From contig NC_089434.1 of the NCBI RefSeq assembly GCF_026210795.1, positions 124,001 to 188,000 on the forward strand: a DNA stretch of 64,000 nucleotides, given 5' to 3'. Below, piece by piece: positions 61,541 through 64,000 of this stretch. Source of the stretch: Rhizophagus irregularis. Lineage: Eukaryota. A model generated the notes under the pieces. That model saw only the letters and a list, made by a program, of their open reading frames with translations. It had not been told where the DNA came from and searched no databases. Each line of letters opens with the position of its first letter. Positions within the stretch are counted from its first letter, which is position 1. The translations under genes and the position numbers were made by a program.

Positions 61541-64000
61541 ATGACCGAACAATCCTCGCTTTCAGAGTTCTTCGACGCCTCCGCCCTGTACTATCAAGGA
61601 TACAGAGCCTCTGATATAGGTGCATCTCTATATAAAATTCGAGATGATAGTGTTAAACCAAGGCATTTCCTTGGTGCAGACAATGCGGATGAAATAGAAG
61701 CTATACTAACAGAGCGTGAGGACCACTCCTTACACGAAATTATTGATGGAGATGAGCCACTCCGTCCTGTTATAGACTTTGATTTGCCAATAGAAACATT
61801 AAATGCTATAACTCCCAAGCTTTCAGGCGGTCAGGCGAAAAATTCACTTTGTTGTGCCTTTAGAGATACTTGCCTAGAAATATTCCCAGAATGGGATAAA
61901 GAAACTTTAACTATTGCCGAAAGTAGTGATGAGAAAAAAATATCTCTCCATGTTTCAACCTTTGGCATGAGACTTCCGAATATTGCTCAGGTCGCGATGT
62001 TCACTGAGCTTATTCGTAAAAAACTTCCGACAGCTCTACAAGGAAATAGCATTATCGATAACATAGCAAACAAATGTTCATTCTCCTTGCGGATGCTTGG
62101 ATCACCCAAATACAATGAAAAAACTGGAGAACATATTCGTGTGAAAAAAGCTATTTGTCCCAAAGATGGAACAATCTTTGACTTCATGATTCGCCCACCC
62201 AATGATGAATCAGAAGTCATCAAGAACAGTCCTCTCTTGGTTGTTCTGAAAGCAAAAATGGAGGGATATCCTAGCACAAATAATGTTATCACCGATGCTG
62301 AATTCGAACTAGTAGAGACATTACTTCAAGAAGCTAGCATCGAAGGGTATAGTCTCTCATATCCATCTGAAAATTTTCCTAACAAATTTCCACTATCACG
62401 CATCTCCCCATCGCACTGCCCAATATGTGACCGAGAACATGATAGTGATCATGGATATATTATTCGAAATAAAAAATCCTACAGCTTTTTCTGCTACCGG
62501 GCAAACAATGATAGGGAACCCGGCTCTAGAAAACCTTCGAAAAAGCTTACTATTAGTGAAACTGCCTTGGATCGAGAACAAAAGTTCCCAAGTCCTACAA
62601 AACTAGACCGATCCAGAATTTCTGACCCAAATGACCGTTTCGTATGGGGAGATTTAATTGATATGAGCACCTCTGGGCGAAAATTTTCTCGTAATGAAGT
62701 TTATGAAGCAATACAGGCAACGGTCGCCTGTATTCAAACAACATCAAGATTATGGGTGCTCAAAATAGAGGATACGAATGGTGGACTCTATTTTGATATG
62801 GCGCCAAAGCTAGATCTTGCCAAGTATGAAGTTAACTTGCTTGAGCTAGGTGGGGAGGGGGTGAAGTTAATTAACTTAATAGATCGGGCGGTTACCAAAG
62901 GTCTAATCCTTTACCACAATATTAATTTTCTACCGTATCTGCTGAATAGTCCAGTTCCCAATACAAAGTTCTTTAACCTTTTCATAGGATTTTTGGCTAA
63001 GCCAGCGGTGGAAATTAATCCCGAAATCATGGATCCTATTCTCTGGCATACGAAGAATATAATCAGTAATGAAAATGTGGAGCTTCATGAATATCTTTGG
63101 AATTGGTGGGCATATTTAGTGCAGAAGCCAGAAAAAAAGCCTCGGTCAATCTTAGTCTTAAAGTCTACACTACAGCAGTGTGGAAAAAATATTATCACTG
63201 ACTTTATTGGTGACAAAGTCCTAGGGGGACATCTCCATTATGCTACATCGGATTTGGAGAAAATTCTTGGGCGATTTAATAGTGCTATTCAAGCTCGAAA
63301 ACTTATTGTTATGAACGAGACTGAAATGTCTAGTGGGGAATGGCATAAATTTAACGGACATCTTAAATCCCTTATAACGGAAGGAATGGTGTCTATAGAG
63401 CGTAAGGGTATTGAAACAAAGCGAATTAGAGATTTCACCAGATTTATGGTTACAAGCAACCAGGATGCTCCGCTCAAAATAGATATAGGGGATTCTCGTG
63501 TAGTCTGTTTTGATGTATCTTCACGATGTAGAGGAAATACAGTATATTTTAAGCGACTAGGAAAAGTTCTTGACTATCCCGATGCACCAGGAGTAGTCAT
63601 GAGATATCTTCTTAGTCGCGACCTCTCAGACTTTGAACCACAAGAAATTCCTGTAACTAAAATGAAGATAAAAACAATGCGAGACCAATTACCTAATCCC
63701 ATCCGATTTATAATTGACTATATTTCTTCATGGTGTGGGGTTAAAATAGCCAGTCCAAGTCGTACATTATTATATCAGAAGTATCTTGAATGGTGTGGAG
63801 AGAATGGTGAAAAGCCATTTTCTAATAACATTACCGGGAAGAAATTTTCAGATATTGGTATTGAGAGCAAACAAGCGCGAACAGGTGGCGGAAAAAGGGA
63901 ATGGCAATATATACTTGACCGCTCCAAGATCGTAGCCAAGCTCTGTGAATCTGGCCTAAGTGATATGGAAGAATTTTCCGATATACCTCAAGACGACTTG
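61541..64000 (+). CDS. AEP/PrimPol-type primase + Zn ribbon + SF3 D5-like helicase + winged-helix (3' end beyond the window)
   Basis: Hand-translated, 820 codons with no stop. AEP motifs LHEII...LRPVIDFD, KKISLHV, IIDNI...SLRMLGSPK. Zn ribbon CPICDREH...FFC. Helicase region FNLFIGF, WWAYLVQKP, Walker A QQCGKN, Walker B IVMNE, IERKG, MVTSN, DSR. C-terminal LYQKYLEWCGENGEK. Confidence 0.9.
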   Translation, partial: MTEQSSLSEFFDASALYYQGYRASDIGASLYKIRDDSVKPRHFLGADNADEIEAILTEREDHSLHEIIDGDEPLRPVIDFDLPIETLNAITPKLSGGQAKNSLCCAFRDTCLEIFPEWDKETLTIAESSDEKKISLHVSTFGMRLPNIAQVAMFTELIRKKLPTALQGNSIIDNIANKCSFSLRMLGSPKYNEKTGEHIRVKKAICPKDGTIFDFMIRPPNDESEVIKNSPLLVVLKAKMEGYPSTNNVITDAEFELVETLLQEASIEGYSLSYPSENFPNKFPLSRISPSHCPICDREHDSDHGYIIRNKKSYSFFCYRANNDREPGSRKPSKKLTISETALDREQKFPSPTKLDRSRISDPNDRFVWGDLIDMSTSGRKFSRNEVYEAIQATVACIQTTSRLWVLKIEDTNGGLYFDMAPKLDLAKYEVNLLELGGEGVKLINLIDRAVTKGLILYHNINFLPYLLNSPVPNTKFFNLFIGFLAKPAVEINPEIMDPILWHTKNIISNENVELHEYLWNWWAYLVQKPEKKPRSILVLKSTLQQCGKNIITDFIGDKVLGGHLHYATSDLEKILGRFNSAIQARKLIVMNETEMSSGEWHKFNGHLKSLITEGMVSIERKGIETKRIRDFTRFMVTSNQDAPLKIDIGDSRVVCFDVSSRCRGNTVYFKRLGKVLDYPDAPGVVMRYLLSRDLSDFEPQEIPVTKMKIKTMRDQLPNPIRFIIDYISSWCGVKIASPSRTLLYQKYLEWCGENGEKPFSNNITGKKFSDIGIESKQARTGGGKREWQYILDRSKIVAKLCESGLSDMEEFSDIPQDDL

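Noticed and set aside
61594..63477. Four short minus-strand ORFs in the ORF track
   Set aside because: Antisense shadows of the long plus-strand primase-helicase frame.

Overview
AT-rich eukaryotic DNA with many short GT-AG introns. The gene families (kinase-Sel1, repeated C-x2-C kinases, D5-like primase-helicase) point to an arbuscular mycorrhizal fungus (Glomeromycota, Rhizophagus-like); this taxon call is inference. About 3-30 kb holds housekeeping genes: Sis1-type DnaJ, TMEM256, mitochondrial uL10, PXMP4, a SAM methyltransferase, phospholipase D with micro-exons, a PPR protein, galactokinase and a pseudokinase-Sel1 protein. About 30-64 kb is accessory and TE-rich. It contains MITEs, a decayed CACTA-like transposase, a small secreted Cys-rich peptide, and a repeat-kinase gene split by a Tc1/mariner-type MITE that itself holds a full-length RNase H-containing LINE. 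The most striking element is at 59.4-64 kb. An intronless AEP primase / Zn ribbon / SF3 (D5-like) helicase ORF of at least 820 codons runs off the window edge and is missing from the ORF track. It is divergently paired with a small Zn-finger gene and preceded by two iteron-like repeat arrays and a perfect 50-bp palindrome, so it looks like a virus- or plasmid-type replicon module inserted in a fungal chromosome.
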